Shown: piece by piece, positions 11,179 to 23,995 of the stretch | Position numbering within the stretch: position 1 is the stretch's first letter | Layout: every line of letters starts with the position of its first letter | DNA from: Chiloscyllium plagiosum | Taxonomy: Eukaryota | Reading direction: 5' to 3' | Assembly (NCBI RefSeq): GCF_004010195.1 | Contig: NC_057751.1 | Location: 3,195,974-3,259,973 of the forward strand | DNA: 64,000 nucleotides | The notes under the pieces: generated by a model | The model's input: only the letters and a program-made list of their open reading frames with translations | Database searches by the model: none | What the model was told of the DNA's origin: nothing | Made by a program: the position numbers and the translations under genes

Positions 11179-12079
11179 GTTGGTGCAGGGGAGTTCAGGC
11201 AGCTGGAAGGAGAGAGGCCAGGGTTGGCAGCCAGGACCTAGCGGAGGCCGTGCGCCAGAGAGAGAGAGAGAGAGAGAGAGAGACGGCGCTTCACGCTTGG
11301 ACTGAGGCCTACTCCGCCATTGAATTGGCAACACAAGGAAGGCACTGTGTGAAGAGGGAAGTTCCAGCAGCAACAACTTGTGGCATAAGGACATACTCGT
11401 GGCATACCACAGGCCGACCGGGAGTGTGTGTGAGAGAGAGAGGTGTCCCGGTGTGGGGTACTCGGGGACAGTGTATGCCCCTGTCTATCTGCTGTATGGA
11501 TCTGGAAATAAAGATGATGCTGAAATTTGTCTTGACGACTACACAGTCATTCAGGAGAAATGAGGGCCACGTCACGCTGACACGTTGGTGGTTCAGGAGA
11601 CAGGCAACAGGGTCATCCCACTCTGATACCACATGGGCCATGTTTGCCCCATCAAACATCGATGGGGGGACCCTGGATTCGGTTCTCTTGTTGGGAATAC
11701 CGAACTCGTACAGACAGGAGAGTGGAGGCTCCTGCACATCCATGGCCTACAGTGTGACCGTGATGAGGGATTGTCCTGTCTCCTCACTGGAAAACATCTG
11801 TACCCCTTGGACCCCCTGTCCATCTGGAGCTTTTACATGTTGTCCTCATCAACCTGCTCCCCCCTCTGCAGTTTTACCTGGGCCTCCTGGCTCAGAGATG
11901 GGGCAATACCACCCCACCGATAGAACCCCCTGCGTCCCACGTCTACATGCAGCTTTGACAGCAATGATGCAACGCTCAGGTCAGGAATGCAGCTGGGGTG
12001 AGGGAGAAGGAGCAGCAGGTGGGGAAGGGGGCCTGGTCAATTAAGGAGATACTTTCTGTCCCATTTTGGAAGGAGTTAC

Positions 12080-12418
12080 AAACATAGAATCCCGGCAGTA
12101 TGGAAGCAGGCCTTTCGGCCTACTCAGTCTACTCTGACCCTCTGAAGACCATCGCACTCAGATCCAAACCATCCCAGTAAACCTGCATTTCCCATGGCTA
12201 ACCCACACAACCTGCACATCCCCGAAAACTATGGGGCATCCACCCTGACCTTCACATCTTTTGGACTGTGGGAGGAAACCGGAGCACCCGGAGGAAACCC
12301 ACGCAGACACGGGGAGAATGTGCAAACTCCACACAGTCAGTCGCCTGAGGCAGGAATGAAACGTGGGTCTCTGGCGCCGTGAGGCAGCAGTGCTAACCAC
12401 TGAGCCATTCTGCCACCC
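12080..12418 (-). mobile_element. HE1-type SINE
   Basis: Reverse complement of the SINE core (GGAAACCCACGCAGACACGGGGAGAATGTGCAAACTCCACACA). Confidence 0.8.
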
Positions 12419-12445
12419 CATGATGATGTGTGATATCCATTTAGA

Positions 12446-15400
12446 TTGCAGACTGTAATATGACAGATTGTAATGTTGTGGATTGCAGACTGTAATACTG
12501 CAGCTTGTAGAGTGTAATGTTGCAGACTGTGATAGTGCAGGTTGCAAAGTGTTACAATGCAGACTGTAACAGTGTAGGTTGTAGACTGTAACAGTGCAGG
12601 TTGTAGAGTGTAATTTTGCAGACTGTAATAGTACAGGTTGCACACTGTAATGCTGCAGACTGTAATAGTGTAGGTTGCAGACTGTAATTGTACAGGTTGC
12701 AGAGAGTAATGTTATAGACTGTAATAGTGCAGGTTGCAGACTGTAATGTTGCAGACTGTAATAGTACAGATTGTAGACTGTAATGTTGCAGAGTGTAATA
12801 GTGTAGGTTGCAGACTGTAATGTTGCAGACTGTAATAGTGTAGGCTGCAGACTGTAATTGTACAGGTTGCAGAGAGTAATGTTGTAGATTGTAAAAGTGC
12901 AGGTTGCATCTGTAATTGTACAGGTTGCAGACTGTATTGTTGCAGACTGTAATAGTACAGGTTGCAGACTGTAATATTGCAGACTGTAATAGTACAGGTT
13001 GCAGAGTATAATGTTGCGGTGTGTAGGTTGCAGACTGTAATTGTACAGGTTGCAGAGAATAATGTTGTAGATTGTAAAAGTGCAGGTTGCAGAGTGTAAT
13101 GTTGCAGACTGTAATTGTACAGGTTGTAGACTGTAATAGTACAGGTTGCAGACTGGAATAGTACAGGTTGCAGAGTGTAATGTTGCAGACTGTAATAGTG
13201 CAGTTGCAGACTGGAATAGTACAGGTTGCAGAGTGTAATGTTACAGAATGTAATAGTGCAGGTTGCAGACTGTAATAGTACAGATTGCAGACTGTAATAG
13301 TGCAGGTTGCAGACTGTAATAGTGCAGACTGTAATTGTACAGGTTGTAGACTGTAATAGTACAGGTTGCTGAGTGTAATGTTGCAGACTGGAATAGAACA
13401 GGTTGAAGACTGTAATGTTGCAGACCTTAACAGTACAGGTTGTAGACAGTAATGTTGCAGGCTGTAATAGTACAGGTTGAAGACTGTAATGTTGCAGACT
13501 GTAATAGTACAGGTTGCAGAGTGTAATGTTACAGACTGTAATAGTACAGGTTGCAGAGTATAATGTTGCAGACAGTAATAGTACAGGTTGAAGACTGTAA
13601 TGTTGCAGACTGTAATAGTACAGGTTGCAGCGTGTAATGTTGCAGACAGTAATAGTACAAGTTGAAGACTGTAATGTTGCAGACTGTAATAGTACAGGTT
13701 GCAGAGTGTAATAGTGCAGGTTGCAGACTGTAATAGTGCAGACTGTAATTGTACAGGTTGTAGACTGTAATAGTACAGTTTGCAGAGTGTAATGTTGCAG
13801 ACTGGTATAGTACAGGTTGCAGAGTGTAATGTTGCAGACAGTAATAGTACAGGTTGAAGACTGTAATGTTGCAGACTGTAATAGTACAGGTTGCAGAGTG
13901 TAATGGTGCAGACTGTAATAGTACAAGTTGAAGACTGTAATGTTACAGACTGCAATAGTGCAGGTTGCAAATTGTAATAGTACAGGTAGTAGACTGTAAT
14001 GTTGCAGACTGTAATAGTACAGGTTGCAGAGTGTAATAGTGCAGGTTGCATACTGTAATAGTGCAGACTGTAATTGTACAGGTTGTAGACTGTAATAGTA
14101 CAGGTTGCAGAGTGTAATAGTGCAGGTTGCATACTGTAATAGTGCAGACTGTAATTGTACAGGTTGTAGACTGTAATAGTACAGGTTGCAGAGTGTAATA
14201 GTGCAGGTTGCATACTGTAATAGTGCAGACTGTAATTGTACAGGTTGTAGACTGTAATAGTACAGGTTGCAGAGTGTAATAGTGCAGGTTGCATACTGTA
14301 ATAGTGCAGACTGTAATTGTACAGGTTGTAGACTGTAATAGTACAGGTTGCAGAGTGTAATGGTGCAGACTGTAATAGTACAGGTTGAAGACTGTAATGT
14401 TGCAGACTGTAATAGTACAGGTTGCAGAGTGTAATAGTGCAGGTTGCATACTGTAATAGTGCAGACTGTAATTGTACAGGTTGTAGACTGTAATAGTACA
14501 GGTTGCAGAGTGTAATAGTGCAGGTTGCATACTGTAATAGTGCAGACTGTAATTGTACAGGTTGTAGACTGTAATAGTACAGGTTGCAGAGTGTAATATT
14601 GCAGATTGTAATAGTACAGGTTGCAGATTGTAATGTTGCAGACTGTAATAGTACAGGTTGCAGAGTGTAATATTGCAGATTGTAATAGTACAGGTTGCAG
14701 ATTGTAATGTTGCAGACTGTAATAGTACAGGTTGCAGAGTGTAATATTGCAGATTGTAATAGTACAGGTTGCAGATTGTAATGTTGCAGACTGTAATAGT
14801 ACAGGTTGCAGAGTGTAATATTGCAGATTGTAATAGTACAGGTTGCAGATTGTAATGTTGCAGACTGTAATAGTACAGGTTGCAGAGTGTAATATTGCAG
14901 ATTGTAATAGTACAGGTTGCAGATTGTAATGTTGCAGACTGTAATAGTACAGGTTGCAGAGTGTAATATTGCAGATTGTAATAGTACAGGTTGCAGATTG
15001 TAATGTTGCAGACTGTAATAGTACAGGTTGCAGAGTGTAATATTGCAGATTGTAATAGTACAGGTTGCAGATTGTAATGTTGCAGACTGTAATAGTACAG
15101 GTTGCAGAGTGTAATATTGCAGATTGTAATAGTACAGGTTGCAGATTGTAATGTTGCAGACTGTAATAGTACAGGTTGCAGAGTGTAATATTGCAGATTG
15201 TAATAGTACAGGTTGCAGATTGTAATGTTGCAGACTGTAATAGTACAGGTTGCAGAGTGTAATATTGCAGATTGTAATAGTACAGGTTGCAGATTGTAAT
15301 GTTGCAGACTGTAATAGTACAGGTTGCAGAGTGTAATATTGCAGATTGTAATAGTACAGGTTGCAGATTGTAATGTTGCAGACTGTAATAGTACAGGTTG

Positions 15401-18400
15401 CAGAGTGTAATATTGCAGATTGTAATAGTACAGGTTGCAGATTGTAATGTTGCAGACTGTAATAGTACAGGTTGCAGAGTGTAATATTGCAGATTGTAAT
15501 AGTACAGGTTGCAGATTGTAATGTTGCAGACTGTAATAGTACAGGTTGCAGAGTGTAATATTGCAGATTGTAATAGTACAGGTTGCAGATTGTAATGTTG
15601 CAGACTGTAATAGTACAGGTTGCAGAGTGTAATATTGCAGATTGTAATAGTACAGGTTGCAGATTGTAATGTTGCAGACTGTAATAGTACAGGTTGCAGA
15701 GTGTAATATTGCAGATTGTAATAGTACAGGTTGCAGATTGTAATGTTGCAGACTGTAATAGTACAGGTTGCAGAGTGTAATATTGCAGATTGTAATAGTA
15801 CAGGTTGCAGATTGTAATGTTGCAGACTGTAATAGTACAGGTTGCAGAGTGTAATATTGCAGATTGTAATAGTACAGGTTGCAGATTGTAATGTTGCAGA
15901 CTGTAATAGTACAGGTTGCAGAGTGTAATATTGCAGATTGTAATAGTACAGGTTGCAGATTGTAATGTTGCAGACTGTAATAGTACAGGTTGCAGAGTGT
16001 AATATTGCAGATTGTAATAGTACAGGTTGCAGATTGTAATGTTGCAGACTGTAATAGTACAGGTTGCAGAGTGTAATATTGCAGATTGTAATAGTACAGG
16101 TTGCAGATTGTAATGTTGCAGACTGTAATAGTACAGGTTGCAGAGTGTAATATTGCAGATTGTAATAGTACAGGTTGCAGATTGTAATGTTGCAGACTGT
16201 AATAGTACAGGTTGCAGAGTGTAATATTGCAGATTGTAATAGTACAGGTTGCAGATTGTAATGTTGCAGACTGTAATAGTACAGGTTGCAGAGTGTAATA
16301 TTGCAGATTGTAATAGTACAGGTTGCAGATTGTAATGTTGCAGACTGTAATAGTACAGGTTGCAGAGTGTAATATTGCAGATTGTAATAGTACAGGTTGC
16401 AGATTGTAATGTTGCAGACTGTAATAGTACAGGTTGCAGAGTGTAATATTGCAGATTGTAATAGTACAGGTTGCAGATTGTAATGTTGCAGACTGTAATA
16501 GTACAGGTTGCAGAGTGTAATATTGCAGATTGTAATAGTACAGGTTGCAGATTGTAATGTTGCAGACTGTAATAGTACAGGTTGCAGAGTGTAATATTGC
16601 AGATTGTAATAGTACAGGTTGCAGATTGTAATGTTGCAGACTGTAATAGTACAGGTTGCAGAGTGTAATATTGCAGATTGTAATAGTACAGGTTGCAGAT
16701 TGTAATGTTGCAGACTGTAATAGTACAGGTTGCAGAGTGTAATATTGCAGATTGTAATAGTACAGGTTGCAGATTGTAATGTTGCAGACTGTAATAGTAC
16801 AGGTTGCAGAGTGTAATATTGCAGATTGTAATAGTACAGGTTGCAGATTGTAATGTTGCAGACTGTAATAGTACAGGTTGCAGAGTGTAATATTGCAGAT
16901 TGTAATAGTACAGGTTGCAGATTGTAATGTTGCAGACTGTAATAGTACAGGTTGCAGAGTGTAATATTGCAGATTGTAATAGTACAGGTTGCAGATTGTA
17001 ATGTTGCAGACTGTAATAGTACAGGTTGCAGAGTGTAATATTGCAGATTGTAATAGTACAGGTTGCAGATTGTAATGTTGCAGACTGTAATAGTACAGGT
17101 TGCAGAGTGTAATATTGCAGATTGTAATAGTACAGGTTGCAGATTGTAATGTTGCAGACTGTAATAGTACAGGTTGCAGAGTGTAATATTGCAGATTGTA
17201 ATAGTACAGGTTGCAGATTGTAATGTTGCAGACTGTAATAGTACAGGTTGCAGAGTGTAATATTGCAGATTGTAATAGTACAGGTTGCAGATTGTAATGT
17301 TGCAGACTGTAATAGTACAGGTTGCAGAGTGTAATATTGCAGATTGTAATAGTACAGGTTGCAGATTGTAATGTTGCAGACTGTAATAGTACAGGTTGCA
17401 GAGTGTAATATTGCAGATTGTAATAGTACAGGTTGCAGATTGTAATGTTGCAGACTGTAATAGTACAGGTTGCAGAGTGTAATATTGCAGATTGTAATAG
17501 TACAGGTTGCAGATTGTAATGTTGCAGACTGTAATAGTACAGGTTGCAGAGTGTAATATTGCAGATTGTAATAGTACAGGTTGCAGATTGTAATGTTGCA
17601 GACTGTAATAGTACAGGTTGCAGAGTGTAATATTGCAGATTGTAATAGTACAGGTTGCAGATTGTAATGTTGCAGACTGTAATAGTACAGGTTGCAGAGT
17701 GTAATATTGCAGATTGTAATAGTACAGGTTGCAGATTGTAATGTTGCAGACTGTAATAGTACAGGTTGCAGAGTGTAATATTGCAGATTGTAATAGTACA
17801 GGTTGCAGATTGTAATGTTGCAGACTGTAATAGTACAGGTTGCAGAGTGTAATATTGCAGATTGTAATAGTACAGGTTGCAGATTGTAATGTTGCAGACT
17901 GTAATAGTACAGGTTGCAGAGTGTAATATTGCAGATTGTAATAGTACAGGTTGCAGATTGTAATGTTGCAGACTGTAATAGTACAGGTTGCAGAGTGTAA
18001 TATTGCAGATTGTAATAGTACAGGTTGCAGATTGTAATGTTGCAGACTGTAATAGTACAGGTTGCAGAGTGTAATATTGCAGATTGTAATAGTACAGGTT
18101 GCAGATTGTAATGTTGCAGACTGTAATAGTACAGGTTGCAGAGTGTAATATTGCAGATTGTAATAGTACAGGTTGCAGATTGTAATGTTGCAGACTGTAA
18201 TAGTACAGGTTGCAGAGTGTAATATTGCAGATTGTAATAGTACAGGTTGCAGATTGTAATGTTGCAGACTGTAATAGTACAGGTTGCAGAGTGTAATATT
18301 GCAGATTGTAATAGTACAGGTTGCAGATTGTAATGTTGCAGACTGTAATAGTACAGGTTGCAGAGTGTAATATTGCAGATTGTAATAGTACAGGTTGCAG

Positions 18401-19084
18401 ATTGTAATGTTGCAGACTGTAATAGTACAGGTTGCAGAGTGTAATATTGCAGATTGTAATAGTACAGGTTGCAGATTGTAATGTTGCAGACTGTAATAGT
18501 ACAGGTTGCAGAGTGTAATATTGCAGATTGTAATAGTACAGGTTGCAGATTGTAATGTTGCAGACTGTAATAGTACAGGTTGCAGAGTGTAATATTGCAG
18601 ATTGTAATAGTACAGGTTGCAGATTGTAATGTTGCAGACTGTAATAGTACAGGTTGCAGAGTGTAATATTGCAGATTGTAATAGTACAGGTTGCAGATTG
18701 TAATGTTGCAGACTGTAATAGTACAGGTTGCAGAGTGTAATATTGCAGATTGTAATAGTACAGGTTGCAGATTGTAATGTTGCAGACTGTAATAGTACAG
18801 GTTGCAGAGTGTAATATTGCAGATTGTAATAGTACAGGTTGCAGATTGTAATGTTGCAGACTGTAATAGTACAGGTTGCAGAGTGTAATATTGCAGATTG
18901 TAATAGTACAGGTTGCAGATTGTAATGTTGCAGACTGTAATAGTACAGGTTGCAGAGTGTAATATTGCAGATTGTAATAGTACAGGTTGCAGATTGTAAT
19001 GTTGCAGACTGTAATAGTACAGGTTGCAGAGTGTAATATTGCAGATTGTAATAGTACAGGTTGCAGATTGTAATGTTGCAGACT
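12446..19084. repeat. 6.6-kb satellite of 15- and 22-bp subunits: degenerate left part, 81-bp units at about 14.0-14.57 kb, near-perfect 74-bp units at about 14.57-19.08 kb
   Basis: Unit GCAGAGTGTAATATT-GCAGATTGTAATAGTACAGGTT-GCAGATTGTAATGTT-GCAGACTGTAATAGTACAGGTT is 74 bp. The printed lines at 14581, 16801 and 19021 are identical (2220 = 30 x 74). Confidence 0.97.
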
Positions 19085-19454
19085 CCCCCCCTCCCCCAGT
19101 CACTGTCGCGGCCCTCAGGCTGTCCAGAGTGTAACATGGGCCGGTGAGGTGAAGGGGCAGGTACCTGCCAGGTTGGCCGAGGGACCTGAGCCTGTTTTCG
19201 TCAGAGAGAGCAATTCCGTCGTCCCACTGCAGCGTTGAAACGGGCCTTTTGGCCCAATGGGTCCACACTGACCCCCTGCCCATCCAGACTCATTCACGGA
19301 ATGCTCTACAGGATGGGTAAATGTATAGGAAAGGTGTAAGAGGGGTATTGGCCTGTTGCTGCCAAATGGGACTAGCTTAGGTTAGGATATCTGGTTGGCA
19401 TGAATGGGTTGGCATGAATGGGTCTGTTTCCATGCTGTACGTCTCCATGACTCT

Positions 19455-20040
19455 GTTTACCCCAGACTGATGCACCTAACATAGACATCTCTGAACACTA
19501 TGGGACAGTTTAGCACAATCAATTCACCCCGAACCTGCACATCTCTGGACTGCGGGAGGATACCCACGCAGACACGGGGAGAATGTCTGTGTGGAGTTTG
19601 CACAGTCAACAAGGAAGGAATCAAACCCGGGTCCCTGGCACTGAGGCAGCAGCGCTAGCCACTGTGCCACCCTAATAAGGTTGAGCAGTGACTTAATTGA
19701 GACGTACAAGATAATCAGAGCGTTAGACAGGGTGGGAACTGAGAGTCTACTTCCTCGGATGGTGATGGCAAGCACGAGGAGATGTAGGTTTAAACTGAAG
19801 AGTGATAGATATCGGTCAGATGTCAAGAGTTTCTTTGCTTAGTAGTAGGGTCATGGATCACATTGCCTGCAACAGAAGCAGACTTGCCAACTTTCAGGGC
19901 ATTTAAATGGTCATTGGGTGGACATAGAGATGAAAATGGAATAGTGTAGGTTATATGGGCTTCTGACTGGTTCCACGGTTTGGTGCAACATTGAGGGTAG
20001 AAGGGTCTGTACTGCGCTGTCATGTTCTAGATTCTATTGA
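19455..20040. mobile_element. HE1-type SINE (-) adjacent to a CR1 3' fragment (+)
   Basis: SINE core reversed at about 19520-19672; CR1 LSSDLIETYKII-type region and tail follow. Confidence 0.7.
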
Positions 20041-21194
20041 GGAAATGTGAGGTTGCCCATCTTGGATGGGGGAGGAAGAGAAGTGTATCTGAATAATCAA
20101 AGTTTGCAGAGGGATCTGAATGTGTTTGTGCTTTTGAATTTTTTGCTCAAAAGATGATTGAGGTGGTTCTTTTTGACGATTTAACATGCAGCATTAGACA
20201 GTTTATTTGAGTAAGGGTGGTATGCACAGCAGGAATATGGAACAATCTGGTCAGCTGCAATTCCGTTGAAAGGTGAGCAGGCTTGAGAGACCAAGGGTTT
20301 ACTGACATTGTAATTTGTGCATCTATCTTTGTAGTATGTCTGATTTAAGACAGATCTGTGAAAAATTTATATCTTCATAACAGTTTATAAATATCTTCAT
20401 CAAGGTACATGGAGCTGGATTTTATAGGCCAGGTCCATCTGAATTTTGTACAGTATTTTCAATTTTTGCAGAGTTAGTGAGACAGTGAGGTGGTGATATT
20501 AATACCAGTCATCACGCAGGCTCTGCTGCACAGTAACTGGGATTTAGTTCCCCTTTTAACTTAAATGTTCATCACATTGCATTCGTCAACACTGCATTCA
20601 AACTTGATTGGACCTTTTCTTCGGTTCTGCGATATTAGAGTAAAGGCTGGCATTCACCTTGAATCAAACTGTAAACAAACCTGTCGGAAATTGCACAGCT
20701 ATATTGTAAACCTCTTTCATCTTCACAAGGTGGTATAAATCCTCATGAGTTTGGTATTTGGTCAAAGATGTGCGTTTCGGAGGCTGATTTCTCTGTATTG
20801 CTTCTGAGGCTGCTCGAGCAGCGAGAATGCTTTTGACCAGAAATGAATCCGAAGGAAAATTGACTTAGTCTTTTTCATTGATGTTATTACCAAAGTTCAA
20901 AACCTTGGTTTGATTTGATAGTTTCTTCATTCATGGTGTTGAACTGAAAATGGTGGGAAGTGCACTGACATCGCAATTGTCAGTGAGTTGTTGACAATTT
21001 ATTGGCAGAACCAGGTGGACAGTCAGTTGGAAGGTAACTCGTGGCCAACCCTGCAATGATGAATTGTGGAACTGACAGAGTTCCACGTGGTCTGTGCAGA
21101 GATCATAGCGTATCACAGCTTTGTGAAACAAATGGAGGTGCTGGCGACAAAAGCTTTTGTTGTGGGTCTCATGAGCCTTTGTTTTCTCATTCAG

Positions 21195-21319
21195 TCAAAC
21201 TGAATGGTGGGAGGCATGTACAAGGAATTCTGCGTGGATTCGATCCCTTCATGAATCTTGTGGTGGATGAGTCAGTCGAGATGGCGCCTGGTGGACAGCA
21301 GAACAATATTGGTATGGTG
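21195..21319 (+). CDS. SNRPG: Small nuclear ribonucleoprotein G (Sm-G), penultimate coding exon
   Basis: ttctcattcAG acceptor and GTAAGT donor; 125 nt. Encodes [41 protein letters not shown], near-identical to Sm-G. Confidence 0.97.
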
Positions 21320-22479
21320 GTAAGTATTGAGTGTCTCCTCTTCATTTGTATGTGTAACTCAGTTCTTCCCATTTAAGAGTCCTTCAACCAGTTGGTTTGC
21401 GGACTTATTGCTGCACTGCCCTGACACATCAGGGACTGAAGGAAAACCTCCAACTCAAAGCCACCCACAGGGTGTTTCAGTGGGTCATTGGAAGGTCAAG
21501 TTGGCCTTCAACAGGAACTGACTGTGGTGATCCCAGGGCAGAAAGGCAAATTCAAGTTAGGATCTAGTAAGCGGCCTGAAAGGGGGGTCTGAGGACTTGA
21601 GGTGAAAGCCATGTGATCTTAAACAAACAAGAAGAAACTTGACATGCTATGTTCAGACATTGACAAAATCAACACGTGTAACTTTTTTTCTCACACCCAG
21701 GTTTTAACATTGGTCATACAATGATCAAGCATCCCAGAGCACAAACAATAAATTTGATCAAAGCCGATCCCACGTGTTAATCAGCATTGCCACATCCACC
21801 CCCCAAATAAAAGATGCATAGTCGGTCATAAAATCTGATGTAATTTTGCAGCGAGTTACATTTCTTCACTTCCATTGATTTGTCCTTCATGCTACATCTC
21901 CAACTGTTTTGTCATGGATTTTCTCAGGTGAGGGTCAGTCGCTTACCTCGCTTGGGCCCATGCTCCCTTGAACTGTGGAAGCCATGCTCCCTCAGACACA
22001 GCACTGCCTTTTGACAAAATAATGAGGTTCACCAAGCCATGACTGCTGCTGGATGTTTGAGAGGCCCAATCTTGTTTTGTTGCATTCAGCAGAAATGATT
22101 CCTGTCAGATTTTTAATCTCCTCTCTCAGCTGCACTGAGGTATTTATGCCTGCAGTTGCTCTCACCAACGCAGTCAGCGACCTTCTCATTTTCTCAGCTT
22201 CAGGACAACTGAGTTCTGACTCCAATACCAAGTTGTGCCCACTCATTCTTGGAACTTCCTTCTGAGTTCTGACAGCATGCAGATATCTAAATGGTCTTCA
22301 CTTCAGTCTTCCCCGCACAATATGAGTATAACAGTTAACAATGTGAAGCTTAAAAACTGCAATTCAATAGGGAGTCCACACTGTCTCCTTCATGTTTTGG
22401 ACTCCAGTGACCCTAGAACTATGCTGAATGACCCAAAAGAACCCCAGTCCCTATTGCAGAACAGAACTGAACACTCAGT

Positions 22480-23330
22480 CCTACAGCACAGAGTCAGCTC
22501 CTTCGGTCCAACCAGTCCATGCTGACCACAATCCCAAACTAAAGTCGTCCCACCTGGCGGCCCCTGACCCAGATCTGTCCAAACTTTTCCTATTCATGTA
22601 TTTAACCAAATGTCGTCTTAATATTGTGTTTGTATCTGCATCTACCACTTCCTTAGGAAGTAATCCCACTCACGAGCTGCCCTCTTTGAGTTTAAAAAAA
22701 ATTTGGCCCTCTTGTCTTTTAAATCTCTGTCTTCTAACCTGAAAAATGTGCTATGAGTCTTGAAATCCCTCATCCTTGGCAAAAGGTAACTGCAATTAAC
22801 TGTATTGTTCCCTTCATTGTTTTATAAACTTGCCTCTTAACGTTCAATGCTAGTGAAAAAAGACCCAGCCTACTCAGTCCAACTCAAACCCTCTTCCCAG
22901 CAACATCCTGGTAAACCATAGTGAACGTCTACTGCTCTGCCTCCATCAGTGTTTATGGTAACTTGCTCAAAAAAACTGAATCAAGTTTGTGAGACATGCA
23001 CAAAACCATGCTGATTAGCCCTAATCAATTTTTTGCCCCTCTAAATGTCCATAATTCCAACAATTTCCCCAAACCCCAAGTCAGGCTCACAGGTCTACAG
23101 TTCCCCATTTCTCCTTATAACCTTTCTTAAACAAAGGGACAAGATTAACCACCGTCCTGTAATCAGGCACCTCAACCGTAGTTATACATGATATTTCTGC
23201 AAGGGGTCTCATAGTTTCCTCCCTTTCTGGGATATATCAGATCACATCCTGGAGAGTTATCCACCTTTATCTTCTCTAAGACCTCTTGAACTTTGTCTTC
23301 TGTAATGTGAACTTAACTGATGTGAAATAT
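22480..23330 (-). mobile_element. CR1 LINE fragments in the SNRPG intron
   Basis: Reverse CR1 3' end (LPKEVVDAD...YMNRK) and RT fragments. Confidence 0.7.
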
Positions 23331-23599
23331 TCATTTAGTATTTCTCCCAAAGGGGTTCAACACAAAGATGATGTCCTTGATCTTTAAGAGGGCCTTTGCT
23401 CTCTTGCTCTGAACCAAGTTGTCCATATCCAAGATCAGGTTCTCTTGTTCATGACTAGAACGCAATATCTTTATTCATTCATTGTTCCTTCATGTTACCA
23501 ACCTTCGCCTTCACTCTAACAGGAACGTGATGCCTCTGAACTCTCATCATCACACTCTCTCATGCATCTAGCCTATCAGACGTGCCTTTTACTTGCAAG

Positions 23600-23995
23600 C
23601 AGTGCTCCAAACACATACCAACCAACCCGACCGCCCTATGGCTGAACACTTCAACTCGCCCTCCCACTCTGCCAAGGACATGCAGGTCCTGGGCGACTTC
23701 TATCACCATTCCCTAACCATCTGGAGGAAGAACACCTCATTTTTCACCTTGGGACTCGCCAACCCTCGGGGATCAATGTGGATTTCACCGGTTTCCTTAT
23801 TCCTCCACCACCCCCCCCTCTCACACACACACCCCTTATCCCAGTCCCAAGCGTTGGCACTGCCTTCTCGACCTTCCTTCCCATCTATTTACTCCACCCT
23901 AGTCTCTGACCTATCACTTTGACCCCCACATTCATCTACCTACCACGTTCCCAGGTACTCACCTCCAACCCCCTACCATTTATCTCCTGCCCCAC
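23600..23995 (+). mobile_element. Penelope-like 3' fragment
   Basis: PMAEHFNSPSHSAKDMQVLG, homologous to 10690-10860. Confidence 0.75.

Noticed and set aside
11720..11745. MDVQEPP (20 of 22 nt) shared with LZTS1 exon sequence at about 58615-58636
   Set aside because: Similarity does not extend on either side; most likely chance.
12552..19283. 2243-aa and 2141-aa minus-strand ORFs
   Set aside because: They are translations of the satellite. The 74-bp unit is not a multiple of 3, so all frames cycle through the same peptide; there is no domain or gene structure.
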